DNA of 62,444 bases, counting the filler, from Choristocarpus tenellus KU-1152 (taxonomy: Eukaryota; Protista; Phaeophyceae): the NCBI GenBank assembly GCA_964200185.2. It is 8 parts of 8 records of this genome, joined end to end, with 100 filler letters (N's around TTAATTAATTAA, not from the genome) between each part and the next. Parts side by side here need not be neighbours in the genome. Positions count along the whole stretch, not along the records: positions 35,778 to 45,695 come from CAXNAD020003283.1; positions 45,796 to 50,978 come from CAXNAD020011585.1; positions 51,079 to 62,444 come from CAXNAD020002365.1; 5 more parts are not named here. One strand, 5' to 3'. Position 1 is the stretch's first letter. Each line of letters opens with the position of its first letter. The translations under genes and the position numbers were made by a program. Below, one piece after another: positions 39,401 through 52,656 of this stretch. Under the pieces are notes generated by a model, which searched no databases, had not been told where the DNA came from, and saw only the letters and a program-made list of their open reading frames with translations.

Positions 39401-39950
39401 TTTGGCTACTTAATCAGTTAAAAGGAAATCTCTTAACAGACTTAAGACTCAGATTATCCCAACTGCTTAATTTGTCCCTACTCGTGATCTCATTCAGGTT
39501 TATAGTGGATACGAGATGGCAGGGGATTGGGATACCCGATTCCACCAATACCACACAGAACCCAACGACAGGGCAGCATACTCTCTGGCATGTATACTGG
39601 ATGGGACCTGCCCTATCAACTTCAGAGACCAAATTACCGAAGGGCACACATAATGGACTCATGAGGCCTAAGGAAGAAGGGAGTCAATCCTATTATCAAG
39701 TTTTTAGATAGGGGCACACATTAGGTTCAACTCTGTATTTCCTATTTCTTGCGCTGATGTTTCTCCTTGGACGGTTGGTGAGCGAGTGATTGTGCTGTGT
39801 TTTATTTATTCCAATGGCGATCAATTGTCGAGCACATAATTGTTTCAAGAAGCGAGTAGAGCGTTATTAACTTCTACGACGTTTCTTGGACACCCTGTTC
39901 AGATGTCCGATTTCAGATCCCATTCCCTTCAAAAAGCTCAACAGGCTGTA
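36470..39950 (+). CDS. Unidentified multi-exon protein (partial, model unresolved)
   Basis: Coding-like blocks with splice-like borders: ~36470-36625, ~37955-38048, 38096-~38333 (VVLGLGYPVVSSRFQDP...), ~38805-38965, ~39065-39150, ~39850-39945. Confidence 0.5.
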
Positions 39951-41334
39951 AGAAACTTGTTTGGCGATCACGACCACCTTAATGGATATCCCTTCTTGTT
40001 GTGTAACTAGATGCACAACATTTGTGAGAAGTTCTCCTTTTGGTCTCTCCTGATATTGACAAAGCTAGCTCAATAAGACCAATAGTATCCTAGAGGCGGG
40101 GCCAGATGCCCATTCGAGGGCCTGTGTGGACCTGTAGTGATTTTCATGTCATCTGAGGGAACGTGTCAAATGTAGAACCATTTTCCATCGTCTGAAAGCA
40201 CTTTGCTTTTCCATCCCCCCTGCCTGAACCAAATCCAAAGGAAAGCACATGCAAGACGGGCATCAAACTGGGGTATTTTACAACTCACACACAGAGAGAG
40301 AGACACAGACACCCCAAGATACTATGGGTCATGATTTCGCATTTTGCAACTCATGAAAGATTTTCCATGCTCCATACACAGCTGTGCAAACCATCAACGC
40401 ACATCACCAGAAGGGTAGAAACCTTTATGCTGTACTGAAACTTGCATCTTCTGGTACAAACAAATAGATCTTCAAGTGTTGGGCTTTGCCCTACACGTGA
40501 AGCCTGGCAGCTAAGTTGAAATTGTATTTGGCCGAGAACTCAAGGTTCCCCAGATAGAAAGAGGTGATAAAATATATTTCCAGTTGTGTTACTGAGACCA
40601 GAATTAGACGGAATACAGGAAATAATATAGCTACTACAAATTTACACATTTTACCTCGACTAATATTTCCCTCTGTTCACCTACAGTCAGTCACTCAGAC
40701 CCTGACTTGACTACTGCACCCTGTCAGTGTTTCGTATCTGTCTCTTCTACTTTGATATTTTGTTGCTCTCCCTCCAACTTACAGTGTACTTCCTCCTTCA
40801 TGTGCCAACCAATCCAGAATTCTTGAGCAGAATAAACGAAAGCGAATCATGTAGCAGTTGTGCAAACACCCTTCCTGTTGCCCTGATGCCTCGTAATTTG
40901 TACTGTGAAAATGCGAATGCTTCATCATACTAGTCATAGTATTTCTCTCTATTCACCTCCAGGTGTAATTCAATGAAGAGTTAGATGAAAGTCAGTGAAT
41001 TCTGTGGGGTAATTGTGTGCGACGGGACGGATGGACAGGTGCGCAGAGGGGGGCGCATAACGACAGAGAGGGGACCCCAGGGAACACACAACCCTCCTCT
41101 TCCCTAAAAAAAAACACGCACACCTTCACAAACCTTACACCTAAGTCCCTCCACGACCACCGTCCACCCGAGCCAAAAACACCGACACAAAAAAAAGGCT
41201 TTTAATTTTGCGTGTTGTGAATACATATTGCTTGTTTGTGGCACCCATCTGTTTTGGACAATTGTTTGGGTTCCAACCCCCCTTCAATCCGTTTGTCTGA
41301 CATACCACCCTTACCGGATTTGCTTTACAGCTCT

Positions 41335-41593
41335 GAGTCAAAGTAAACGAGAGGTACCCAGAGTTGCATTTTAAGGATGCTGACAAATATGAGCAAAATC
41401 CGCCTATGTGACAACTGATTGCAGGATATTTTCTGAATTTTGTCGAAGTTTTTCAAACAACTACAAAATCAATATTCTCGAGTCGAACTTAGCACTTCAT
41501 AGTATTGTATGAATGTGACAATTGCGAAAGATAAAAAACTGAAATAAAATGCAAAACGGCCAAGACCTGGGTACCTCTGGTTTATTTTGGCTC
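41335..41593 (+). mobile_element. MITE family C (~258 bp; TIR GAGTCAAAGTAAACGAGAGGTACCCAG), 3-bp TSD TCT
   Basis: TIRs at both ends; homologous to the copies at 47024, 53483 and 785-1175. Confidence 0.88.
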
Positions 41594-43099
41594 TCTTACA
41601 GTCCTGTTTGAAATAAAAACGACAAAGACATGCCCAACATGATGCCCAGAACGGTCATTAGCTTAAAATGTACGGAAAATTTCTTTATGCCAACACCTAT
41701 CTTCTTTCTTTCAAAAATTTGGGACAAATCATGTTTGGATGGACTCACACTCCTGCAGGGGCACCTGGTGCAGGTGGCACCTTCACCACGTAACCAAAAA
41801 ATGCCCTCTTCGCAGTGATACTGTTTTCAATAGTTCCCGAGCACTTTGTTTCACTTCTACATCTAATTTAAAACCGTTGTTCGAAAGAAGGGATTGAGAC
41901 GGATTGCGCACCTAACATTTCCAGGAGGACAGTCCTGACCTTGCTGGTATCTGACTACAGATCCTCTGCACTCTACTGATGGAAATCGGCATGGAATGAC
42001 AGTGCATGTTGTCCATCACGAGAGACGACACCGTTTATCGACTCAAAGGATATTGTAAGTGCACACATTCAAATCACAACAGGGTCCTTCTTCATCGTCC
42101 ATAGAGTTGTGGTGATCACCTGCCTGTGCCCCTGCATACCTGCTGTACCCACTCAACTCTCCCTCAACAGAATAACTGCCACAGCCTGACCCGCAACTCA
42201 GTAACCTCTCTACCTAGTCGAGGAGTGCGAATTATCATCAAAATGGACGATTGATGATGACCCAACGCATTTTACTTGGAGTATATTGCTTGCTAGAAAA
42301 TTGACGCTTATAAATGCTCTCTGTTGGAGTATGTCAAAGTGATTTGAAGAATAGAACACCAACTGGTCAAGAGAATTGGGACCCTAGGCTGCACGTGGTA
42401 CAATGTTGTGGTGGCATGCCAAAACCCACTCCCAACCTACTCTCATACACCAAATTGTTGTAATGAACCAAACCCAGTAGCACCACAATCTCAGAAGTAA
42501 AATGTACAACAAACAGGTATATCGAGTGAATTCCAAGCATATAGTACTATCTGGCAGAATTTGCAACAAATAACACAATCATATTCACCTACTCACACTT
42601 GATGCTAATTTGCTGTACACATGTATGTAGCACTGTCATCATACCGCAAGCTTTCTATTATTACCCCAATAATAACCAACTTTAGTACTGTAGTGTCACA
42701 GCACTCTTTCCCTCTCAGCTCACTGCGTCCTCTATTTTTTCTTCCAACCACAAATTATCGATTCACCGCCATTGCCTTCGTATCAGGGTCCCTACAACGC
42801 CACTCCCCCTCATCCCAGCACCATGGACTTCCCCAAGCTATTACTCTTTCTGGCTCAAGTTGCAGCCCCAGTTTGTTTCTTCGTTCAAGGTCAATGCCTT
42901 TATCGTCCTCCTCCCTGCCTAGAGCTCAAAATATGTTCTCCATGGTGGACCAAAAAAATATAAAAGCTATACGTTTTGAAAACCTTTAATTGGTCAACAT
43001 ACCCTCCACGTCGATTGGCAATCTTTGCCCAAGGCTGGGCTATGCAGATAGAGAACCAACGATGTTTTGTGCATGCCTTAAGACTATTTGGGTGGAAAT

Positions 43100-43850
43100 G
43101 AGTGATGGACTTAGAGTTATCGGTATCTTCACTTTATTCTGGGACTATCCCAACCCATGGTCAGGGACACTGTTCACTGCGCCACCTCTCATACAAATTG
43201 TTAATGTAATTGTTGCACTCCGACAAATTGTACTGCCTTCGTTCAAGCCTTGCTTCTCGCATGTTGGGTTTACCCACCCTATTGTTCGCTGCTCCTTCTC
43301 CTACCTAGAATTTTGTGCTGTACTCCTCGCCTTGGAGTTGCTCCACAATAAAGCCTTGTCATCTCGTTCTTGGTCGGTGTTGACGTGGTACAGCGATTGG
43401 AACACAGACGAAAAGCAAGGCAAGAATGTTACAGGCAAATAGCGCAAGTACTTCTTTCCGCACCTTAATTAACCAGTGCAAGCAGTGTTTACGCGTCTGG
43501 AACCCCAAAAGGGGGAACTCCGATTTGCTAAAAGTTGCAGAGTAACACCTGTAACTTGGGAATTTATGCAACGGTTCTCGGATGTATTCCAATGCCTGTG
43601 TAAACTGAAATAAAAATAAAACGGTAAATGATGACAAGAGGCCCCAAAATGGTCCAATCTTAACTGATACCAATTCTCACATTCATGCTTGGATTAATAA
43701 GAAAACCCTTATTAACTTCTGACCCGATTGATATTCACCATCCTCGTTGAACCTTTTGGCTGTCTGAGTATCCCAGGAGTGCTGTACAAGCATCAGCGCC
43801 ATCTATAGGATAGGCTGTGGATCGGAGCTATACATCCCGTGGAGCTAAGC
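43100..43850 (-). mobile_element. Decayed PIF/Harbinger-like nuclease relic
   Basis: Degenerate IDG, C.HL.F.FISV and ERTIG-like fragments in the expected order. Confidence 0.35.
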
Positions 43851-44295
43851 GTTTGGAATGTGCTGTAACAAGAACTGGGTGGGGTAGTGCAATTTGTTGC
43901 AGTGTAAGGGTAAGTTAGAGTAGATAGTATCAGAAATATTGCAGTGAATTAATTTGTTGCAGTGCGAGAGTTAGTTACAGGAGATAGTATCAGAAGTATT
44001 ATTGCTGTGAATAATCCCTCTGACCATGGTTTAGGGTAGCCCCCAGACTGTAGTGGAGAGATCCTTCAACTTCAACCCTTACCCCCCCCCCCCCCTCCAC
44101 TCCACTTTTTTGGTGTTGACCCACTTCTATGGTCTCTGATTTTATTCCCCTGTAGAGATGACGTACCCACTTCCATGTCTATTTTTAGAGTAATTTTATA
44201 CTTCTGACCAATGAAATAATCGTAATATTATATATAGTACAAGCCAAATCCGTCAACTAATGACCCCCCCACCCATAGACCCCGAGAAAAGATTA

Positions 44296-44375
44296 TGATC
44301 GCGGTGGGGTTCGAACCCACGCGTTTTCACATTGCGGCCTAAACACAACCCCTTAGACCACTCGGGCACACGATC
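44296..44375 (-). tRNA. tRNA-Leu, anticodon UAG
   Basis: Acceptor stem GATCGTG/CGCGATC, A-box TGCCCGAGTGGTCTAAGG, anticodon arm TTGTG-TTTAGGC-CGCAA, long variable arm, T-arm GTGGG-TTCGAAC-CCCAC, discriminator A, downstream T4. Confidence 0.93.
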
Positions 44376-45614
44376 ATATGCACTACAGTCATCCAGTACG
44401 ATTTCCTTATCTCAATCTCTAGCGTTCCTATTTCTACATCTTCCAAATTTCTATGTTGTGCTTCTCTCCCCTCAATCAAAGGAAGTAACGCTGCGAACTG
44501 TCTTTCCAAGTCCTTGCTGGTGGTCCTCTATTGAGTGTCTTGGATACATAACAACCTGCTAGTGGGTACTCATAGGCATTTTAAGGAATGTGGATGCCCC
44601 CTTGAGGTACTGTGCCAACCAACAATATTACAAACAAGGATATATAGTGGGAGGACCAGAGCATCATCAGGTAGCAACATTACCATTACAACACTTGGAA
44701 ATAATACTCTCTCGTATCCCCAATAAATGGCACATCCATAGCCCTTCGCGAACAGGTGCGACTGGAGAGAGAACTGTGTCACACATTCTTTGAAAGGGAT
44801 GTATGGTGTATGTATGGAGTATGAATTTTATTCGCTAAGTACCGATTACGATTTTGAAATATATCCAGAGACAAAGACAGAACACAATCATTACAGAATC
44901 TGCTCTGCATACAATGCCAATGCAGATTTTAGTACTTTGAAACAAGAAGAACACGTAGAGAGCTATTTTTTATTTGTAGTCCTTCAAACAACCAGTCAGA
45001 ACCAAACAATACGGTCCTTTTCCTAGGTAGACTAAGATGTTGCTCACTAGAATGAGGGAATAATCACAGGAGTTGGTTTAACTCTCAAATACTATAATAA
45101 AACTAGTACTACAGGGGAGCAAAGAGCTATCACCTGTAATATGCCATTTCTACTGTTATCAAAGCCCAACCAGGACACACACTCTTCTATAATAAGCTAT
45201 ACACCAAGCAAACAATCAGTACTTACACAATGACTATGACAGGACCACTCTTCTTCTGTCAGATGACAGCTCTGTGAGGCAAATATATTGACAAAATGTT
45301 CCTACTACCTACTCTGACTATGACGTGTTCACCACAGACACCCCAAAGGATCTGTAAGGATCGCAACCATTTGAGGTAGTGTGTGAATATTGTCCATATT
45401 TCTTGCTACGCAATTCAACTCTCTGTGGCAGACTATGAATCAGATATTCTCTGAATATCACTCCTTCAAACTGTTTGGACCGCCAGGACCTTTCATCACC
45501 AAGAGACTCAAAGATCAGCAATGACTGGAGTTTTTCGTCAATCGTGGGTACAAGCTGTCTCTTCTTGTGGAACAAATACCACGAGTTGACACACGCTTCA
45601 AGTGACCGAACGTA

Positions 45615-45695
45615 TATGGGGGGGGGGGGGAGGGGGGGGGGCAACACCAGGGAATCCATTTGGGCCAAAACCAGGAAAAGGGCATTTACCTAAAC
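45615..45695 (+). mobile_element. Degenerate MITE-B partial at contig end
   Basis: G-run followed by TCCATTTGGGCCAAAACCAGGAAAAGGGCATTTAC. Confidence 0.6.
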
Positions 45696-45799
45696 NNNNN
45701 NNNNNNNNNNNNNNNNNNNNNNNNNNNNNNNNNNNNNNNTTAATTAATTAANNNNNNNNNNNNNNNNNNNNNNNNNNNNNNNNNNNNNNNNNNNNCGTT

Positions 45800-48450
45800 G
45801 GATTTGAGTTGTACATCCTGGAAGGTGAGCATTGGGGGGCGCCTGTAACACGTGTTGGGATGCTCAGAATCTGGACTTATCAATACGCGTAAGGCCTATC
45901 AACTTCAGAAGGGCCTCTTTTGAAGGGACTTTCGAATGTAAATTTGAAGAATAAATTCATATATTTCACTCAGAAGCACTTTTTTTTGTTAAATCTACCT
46001 TGGGTGGGATTTTTGTATTTCCCCTGACTTGGAAGTATTGATTGGTAGGCGCTACACTTAGTTGAGCTCTAATCACTTACAACTTGCTTCTGAACCAATA
46101 TGTGGTATGAAATGTACAAGTGTGCATGGAGTGTCCTTTCCATCCTTCACGTAGCAGATGTTGCACCGATTTCCATTTTAGCTTGCTGCTGTTCACGTCA
46201 CTGACTACTCCTACCCTGCACCCAACAACTCGCTTGCTGGGTGGTGGATAGGGGTGCCTTGTGCACATTGTGCCAGTACAGTTCAAACGATCCCACTCAC
46301 CCCCCTGGTTGATGGTTTCAGATGTTTGGGTTTCCACATAAAATGTATGTCTCCTAGGATGAACATGCCCCTACCCAACTAAACTTTGGCAGCCCAACAT
46401 GTGCATTGCTCATGCCTCCTCCCGACCCCTTTTTACGATATGCTCTAGCCACCCACTAACATAAAATTCAGTGAAGTTCCTGGAAAACAAGCGATACAAC
46501 AGTTTTTTCACCCTGTTTTTATGTGATCTGGAGTGGGGTATGTGATGCGTTCCTGAATCTGTTGTAGGTAGAATATCTGCCAATATGCAATAGACAAAAC
46601 TGGAAGAGGTTGTGTACCCTTCAATGTCATACATCCCATTACTAGTCATGATACCTGTTTTGGTGGAAATGGTGAACCCAAGTCCTCGGCAGTGTCCACG
46701 ACACTGTGACCTTTCAACATCACAACATATTCTCCTGAGATTAACATAGATGCATCCCTAGAATGCCACCATGCGAGCCTACTGATCTGGAGCATGTAAT
46801 CAGATTCTTTGTATTATATTATGAAAGCACGGTGACTGATACAAAAAGTGCATAACGTGCCCCTTAGATACCTGATAGAATTGTGTGTAATCGTAATCAA
46901 GCCATCAATCACTTGCACTATCCAAGAATGACTACCAGTGATTTAGCAGTACTTCCAAAAGCTAACTTCATCCCTCACAAATAGTCCAGGTCTATCATAC
47001 ATCATGTCATTTCCTCCGACTCTGAGTCAAAGTAAGCGAGGGTACCCCGAGCTGCATTTTAAGGATGTCGGCAAATATATACAAAGTTGGGTTTCTTGCG
47101 AATGTGTAAAGGATATTTTCCGAATTATGTCGAAATTTTTCAAGCAATAGAGAAACCAAACCTCTCAAGTCAAACTTAGCACTTCATAAATAGAAATAAG
47201 GGTAAATCGCAAAAGATTGAAAAACTGGCTTAGAATGCAAAACGGTCAAAAGGTGTTTACCTCTCGCTTAATTCGACCCACTCCAAATACCCAACCGCAC
47301 ACCTGTAACGGCCAATGCCACATACATATCATCTACTTTCTACTTCGTACTACTCACAAAGTAAACCTGTTTCATCATAAACTGAAGTTTCTCATCCCGT
47401 ACAGGTTTTTAACTTCAACATACAGGATTAAGCATCTTAATCTGCACAAGACCGCACATCAATCTATTATTGCCCACTATATACTTGAGTTCAATTTCGT
47501 TCACCCCAATTTGATGCTCAGACCTTTTTTTGTGTGACTAGTATATTAACAGGAAGGGCATCAATCTTTTCTCCAATGCAGCCATGTGCTGGTTGAGAGA
47601 GACAGTTCACATATGCGATGGCAGTTTCATGAAGGCACAAACAGGGACCTTTAGCAAGGTCTGGAATATGTGGTGGTACTTTGAGGAGCAAGTGGGAAAC
47701 CATTCCTATTGTCTACTTTGGAAAGAATGCATGGTATGATGGATGGATCGACTGATCAGCCTTAAGCATATAATAATGAAATCAACGATGGCGAATTTCC
47801 ATCTACAAGTGTCCTCTACACTCCACAATTTCAAATATGATACGCAAATAACTCAGCAGACAAAACTATAAAACTCTATTATTATTATTTTTTAATCGAA
47901 ATTTCAATTACAAATCTCCACACTCTACAATGCTGTGTTTCTAGTGACTTGGAAGTGTGCATCTCCATCTACTACACTGGCTAAGAGGCTACATCCAGAG
48001 TCTGATGGGGGTATCCAACATTACAACCAACGTTCTGAAGTTGCAATTCGATAGGTATTGACACTTACTCAAATGGCAAGAGGTTCACACTGCTTCGTGT
48101 AAGACCCATGCAACATTGTGAAAAGCCCTTTGCAATATAGAGCAGCACGCCATATCCTACCAATTCCTTCTAACCACATGTTCTAAATGACATGGCACCC
48201 CCTATCCGAACTTTACATTGCCCAGTCCTTTCACTAACACTTAGCCTCTCTTTCCACCCTCAACACAATGCAAACAGCATACCACAAAGCAACAGCCCAA
48301 GTCTACCACATCTGTGTACTTCCCCAGAATGTTAACTTCTACGAACTATCCACTTTATCTGCTGTTATTCGTTGGTAAATATACCTGAGTTAGACCGTAA
48401 GGAACAGGTGTGTTAACCATCCCTTGTCACAGAAGCAATGTATTTGTAAT
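45800..48450 (-). mobile_element. Decayed Ty3/gypsy pol region interrupted by MITE-C
   Basis: RT-like KG(F)HNV fragment (~48120), RNase H-like PHIPDLAKGPCLCLHETAIAYVNCLSQ (~47650), integrase-like remnants 46.1-46.7 kb; gypsy order RT-RH-INT. Confidence 0.5.
47024..47279 (+). mobile_element. MITE family C
   Basis: GAGTCAAAGTAAGCGAGGGTACCC...TACCTCTCGCTTAATTCGACCC; aligns with the 41335 copy. Confidence 0.85.
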
Positions 48451-48696
48451 GAGGTAATGAGAGGGTGAAAAGTTCAAGTTCAATGATGCCACAACATGGT
48501 TTTAATCGGATGATGGCGATGGTCCTGAATCCCAGGGTGTGTAATGAACCTCAGAAGTAGGAACTGTGTTGCGAAGGAAATGATTGGGGTCATGGTTTTC
48601 AAGCACAACGAGTGAGTGGTATCGAAAAAGGAGGAAGGAAAAGCAGATAAAATAAAGTAAAAGAGAATATTGAAAGATGAAACGATGTAATAATAT

Positions 48697-48958
48697 GAGT
48701 CAAAGTATCTTAGAGTGTAGAAGAGCCGCGTCCATTTGGGGACAAAAATCCGATGTTGCAATTTTGATGTTATTTTGCCTATCATGTTTGTTAGGAGATG
48801 CTAATATCCTTGTTCTGGACACTCCTTTTCATGACGTATACATTTTACCTACTCCGAAACATTTTGGAGTAGGTAAAATGCCATGAAAACCCCGTGGGAA
48901 GCCAAACCCCAGATGAACAAACAGGGCAAAACTCGTACCCTCTAAGATACTTTCCCTC
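48697..48958 (-). mobile_element. MITE family A (reverse), 4-bp TSD ATAT
   Basis: Full TIRs; ATAT at 48693-48696 and 48959-48962. Confidence 0.92.
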
Positions 48959-50950
48959 ATATTATAAAGGTTTATCGAGTTAACGAGATTCATCTGGGAA
49001 TCGAACCCTGTCGTCAATAGTCAGGCGCTCGTTTACGATGGAAGAAGTAGTTGGAAAGGCGTGTACCATAACTATTAGTAAAATGGCAAATAGATCGATG
49101 TTTTTCACATTTATGGCTGTTACTTGTTTAGGGTATGTATATTCTCATATGTGAACAGTTTTTGTTGACTTTTCCCCTGACACATCTGTGAAAAGTCCAA
49201 GGGCATAGAAATATTAAGTAGTTGGATCGATACCCACATTTTCTAGATTTTTTCGACGTACATATACACCAATTGATAAGGATGAACGGAACCGTTTCTG
49301 GATGAATTTCGAAGGTTAGAATCCCATCGACGCCCGTCTTCATTTAACTGAAACCTGCTTGCAGTTTTCATATCCAATTCCAGGGGACAAACATAACGGT
49401 TTGTACGACGCCAGTAGTACTATCCTGTTTGTCTCTGTATCACAAACACACCAGACTAAGACCGATTGATTAATTAGTCAACTGATGTAAACAGGTGACG
49501 TGTGTTGTTGAGTCTGACAACTGATCTCGTGTGTGTTGCTGAAATAGTGTTGCTTATCACGAAGAAGTTAACAGTACTCTGTAGTTGTAGGCAGATGTGG
49601 ATTCTGCTTTTTTTGTGGCATGTATGTCAAGATCAAAGGCCAACAACATAATAAAGCTCCTCTATTTCCACAATGTTCTTGCGTCCAACATTGGGTAGTA
49701 TATGCTCCGGAGTGTGATATTGTCAAGGTGATTGTACGAACATGGAAACCCTTGTTTGTAGGGTCAAATACAGTCGCACATGATGAATGAGCACCTACCA
49801 AAGGTGCTAAAGTTTGCGGAATTTGCAAATGAAAAGTGGAAGCACGGTCAATTGGAGAACCACTGGCCGATGTGTGTGAAGGACAACCTTAAGAAGTTTA
49901 GGATAGTGGTTGGGGGGGTGGGGCAACTTAACACCAACTTGCACAGGTGGTATATATGGGCTTTAGAGACTAGTGGCATGTCACAGAAGCCATGAAAGCT
50001 GACTTGCATCATGCTAATAAAGCAGCAGCTAAGGCAGTCCAAGCTTATCTGGGCACATACATGCGCACTCTACTGCCTGCCAAACCATGTTGCGTTTCTC
50101 AATAATCTCTCTCCTCGGGTTAATTACTATTGTGTCTCCTTTTCTTGTGTGATATGTGATGGTGAGCGGTATTTGGATGGATGGACCAGATAACATATGT
50201 GACAACTTAATTATTTTTCCTGGAAAGACCTTGGCATTGCTGGTGATGTTGATGGTGCCGTTCTGTCCTAGCTACTGGATGGTAGTGAGTAGAGAGTGCG
50301 TGTTTTTTTGAGCCAAACCAATTGAGAGGTAGGCAGGTTGGACCCTTTTGTATTCTAAGCCATCTTGCTTACCTATTGCAATATTCTCTAATTCATTGCT
50401 TGATGTACTCAATATTGTAAGCAAGATCGATATCCCCCCTTTCCACACACAAAGTGACACCACAATTCACCAAACGTTCTTTCTGGAATTATACAAAATG
50501 GCGTCTCTTTATTCTTCCTCAGGATCCATAAAATGTAACTCTGCTCACCTCTCAGTTGACTTGACTCTTTACTTGATTAGACCTTTCTCTTCTCTGTATC
50601 CTGTGTTCTATTTGTTACAGCGTGCCCCTGAACTCACCTCCACAGGATTTATATGTAACTCAGATCCAACGGCCTTAAAACGACGCTATGGGGGTGTTGC
50701 CCTTGGCAACAGTTTGTAGGGTGTCACGTAGCCTTCTCTCTTGATATTCCACTCAGTGGTTAGCTCAAAGTTCGACTCAAAGTTTCGTTCAAGATAAAAG
50801 GACTGGTAAGAGAGGTAAAAGTGTTTTCAATAAAAAGTCCTCTTATTATTTTCATTATCCTTCCAATTTCTTTGATCTTCTATGCAACTGCTCTATACGT
50901 ACTCCAATCATAAACCTTCATTCTGCAATTTCTTAGGAACTTTGATATTT

Positions 50951-50978
50951 GACCCAAAGTATCTGGGAGGGTGGGGGG
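50951..50978 (+). mobile_element. MITE-B terminus at contig end
   Basis: GACCCAAAGTATCTGGGAGGG. Confidence 0.75.
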
Positions 50979-51110
50979 NNNNNNNNNNNNNNNNNNNNNN
51001 NNNNNNNNNNNNNNNNNNNNNNTTAATTAATTAANNNNNNNNNNNNNNNNNNNNNNNNNNNNNNNNNNNNNNNNNNNNGTGGAACGTGTATCTGGCTAGG
51101 GTGGGCGGTA

Positions 51111-51152
<42 letters not shown>

Positions 51153-51400
51153 ATCTGTGAGACTCTTCATCTGTCACCATATTACGAGACTATATTATTG
51201 TGTTTTTGTTTCCTGGGTGTTAGGGTTAGGGATAGCAAGTCGCTCAGCAAAGCCTGTATGAATGAGCTTTGATTGTTGTTGAAATCACTTGATTTTAGAC
51301 TGCCTCCGTCGGATATGACCCTAACCCTTGCAGATTGTTGGATCGGAACGAACAACCACTGTTCTGAGTTGGGTTGAAAGCAGCGGCTTGAACTGAGCAG

Positions 51401-52656
51401 TCTGACAATGTAAAGAAGAAAATGAACGGGGAGGTACAGCTCTTGATGGGTGTGCTGCATGCTTTTTGCGGTCTTGAAGTGACAATATGGTTGTTGTTGG
51501 AGGTGAATCGCCGTAGCGTTTTTTGGGGGGGCATGCACCCGACCAGAAGGGTATAGCAGAGGAGCCCCTCCCAATACCAGTGGTCTAGCGAGCTAACAGT
51601 GAAGCAATTTCTTTTCTTTTCTTTTTTTTGTCAAGAGGCAGTACCAGCTTGCCTCCCATGGAGGTAGGATAATATGTTGAGGCTTTCGTCGTGTGCAACA
51701 ATTTGATTTACCAATGGATTGTGGGCCGTTATGATGGTGGGCATTGATCTACAGGAGATGGTAGTTATTAACTACAAGTACGTGGTGATTTCCATTGAGT
51801 ATCCCCTGCTGACCCAACCCACGCCCTGTTGGTATGACATTTTTAGTCTCCACAATGGTCCATCACGACCTGTCTGCCCTTCTGGCAAACAGCTCAACCG
51901 GAGGCACTGATGCTTTATAGTTCTCGCCGCAGTCTGCTCAGTTTAGGGTTAGGGTTAGGGTTAGAACTCGATTCGATTTGGGACTTGGTTCCTATTTGGA
52001 CTGTTGTGGACTTCAAGCTGTGGACCAGTGGAGACTTGGCGGGGGTTGTATGACGCTATGTGCATTTACCACCGGGCGATACGATAAATCTCACATACAC
52101 CGCCAACATTTTTTTTTCTTAGTCAAGAGACCGTACTGCTGACTATACCGAGACCCTATTTGAAACGGTTGAATCAGTTCATGCCTCTCCACCTTTCCTC
52201 GGAAGCATTTCCCCCATTAACCACGCTTGCTTGGCGCCTGAGACTGCGCCCAACCCATCCTGCCCTTGTTTTGTATATTTTTACTCTTTTAAGATGGACA
52301 TTTTCTGAAACGTGCATGCCATTCTGCTTTTCGGTCACCCCTTTCGCTTTAACTCTTTATGTTTTTCAAGTGCGCGTTGTAGGAGGAGCAAGTCCGTCCC
52401 GACTCTTTGGCTTCCCCCGTATCTGTTCGCTTGATCGATTTCTACTTTGCTTTTTTTTCTGTTTTTCGTTGTTGCTCTGTGTCCCCAGAGTGATGAAGCC
52501 CGGTATGTGCTTCAGCGTATCGAACATCACTATACTTCGGGCAGGTCAATGGTAAGAGAGGCCACCACTGATGTTGAGGGCCTTGAGAAGATCATTGTAG
52601 AGGAATCTAAGAAAGATGCCAAGGGAATCAACCCCCTGAATATGGTCGATTCATGA
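51401..52656 (+). CDS. 3' end of an unidentified gene with micro-exons: 51401-51433, 51755-51777, 52128-52167, 52489-52656
   Basis: Phase-consistent AG/GT exons give SDNVKKKMNGE|EMVVINYK|DRTADYTETLFET|SDEARYVLQRIEHHYTSGRSMVREATTDVEGLEKIIVEESKKDAKGINPLNMVDS*. Confidence 0.55.

Noticed and set aside
48994-49010. tRNA or SINE (GGGAATCGAACCC B-box-like)
   Set aside because: No cloverleaf or A-box found.
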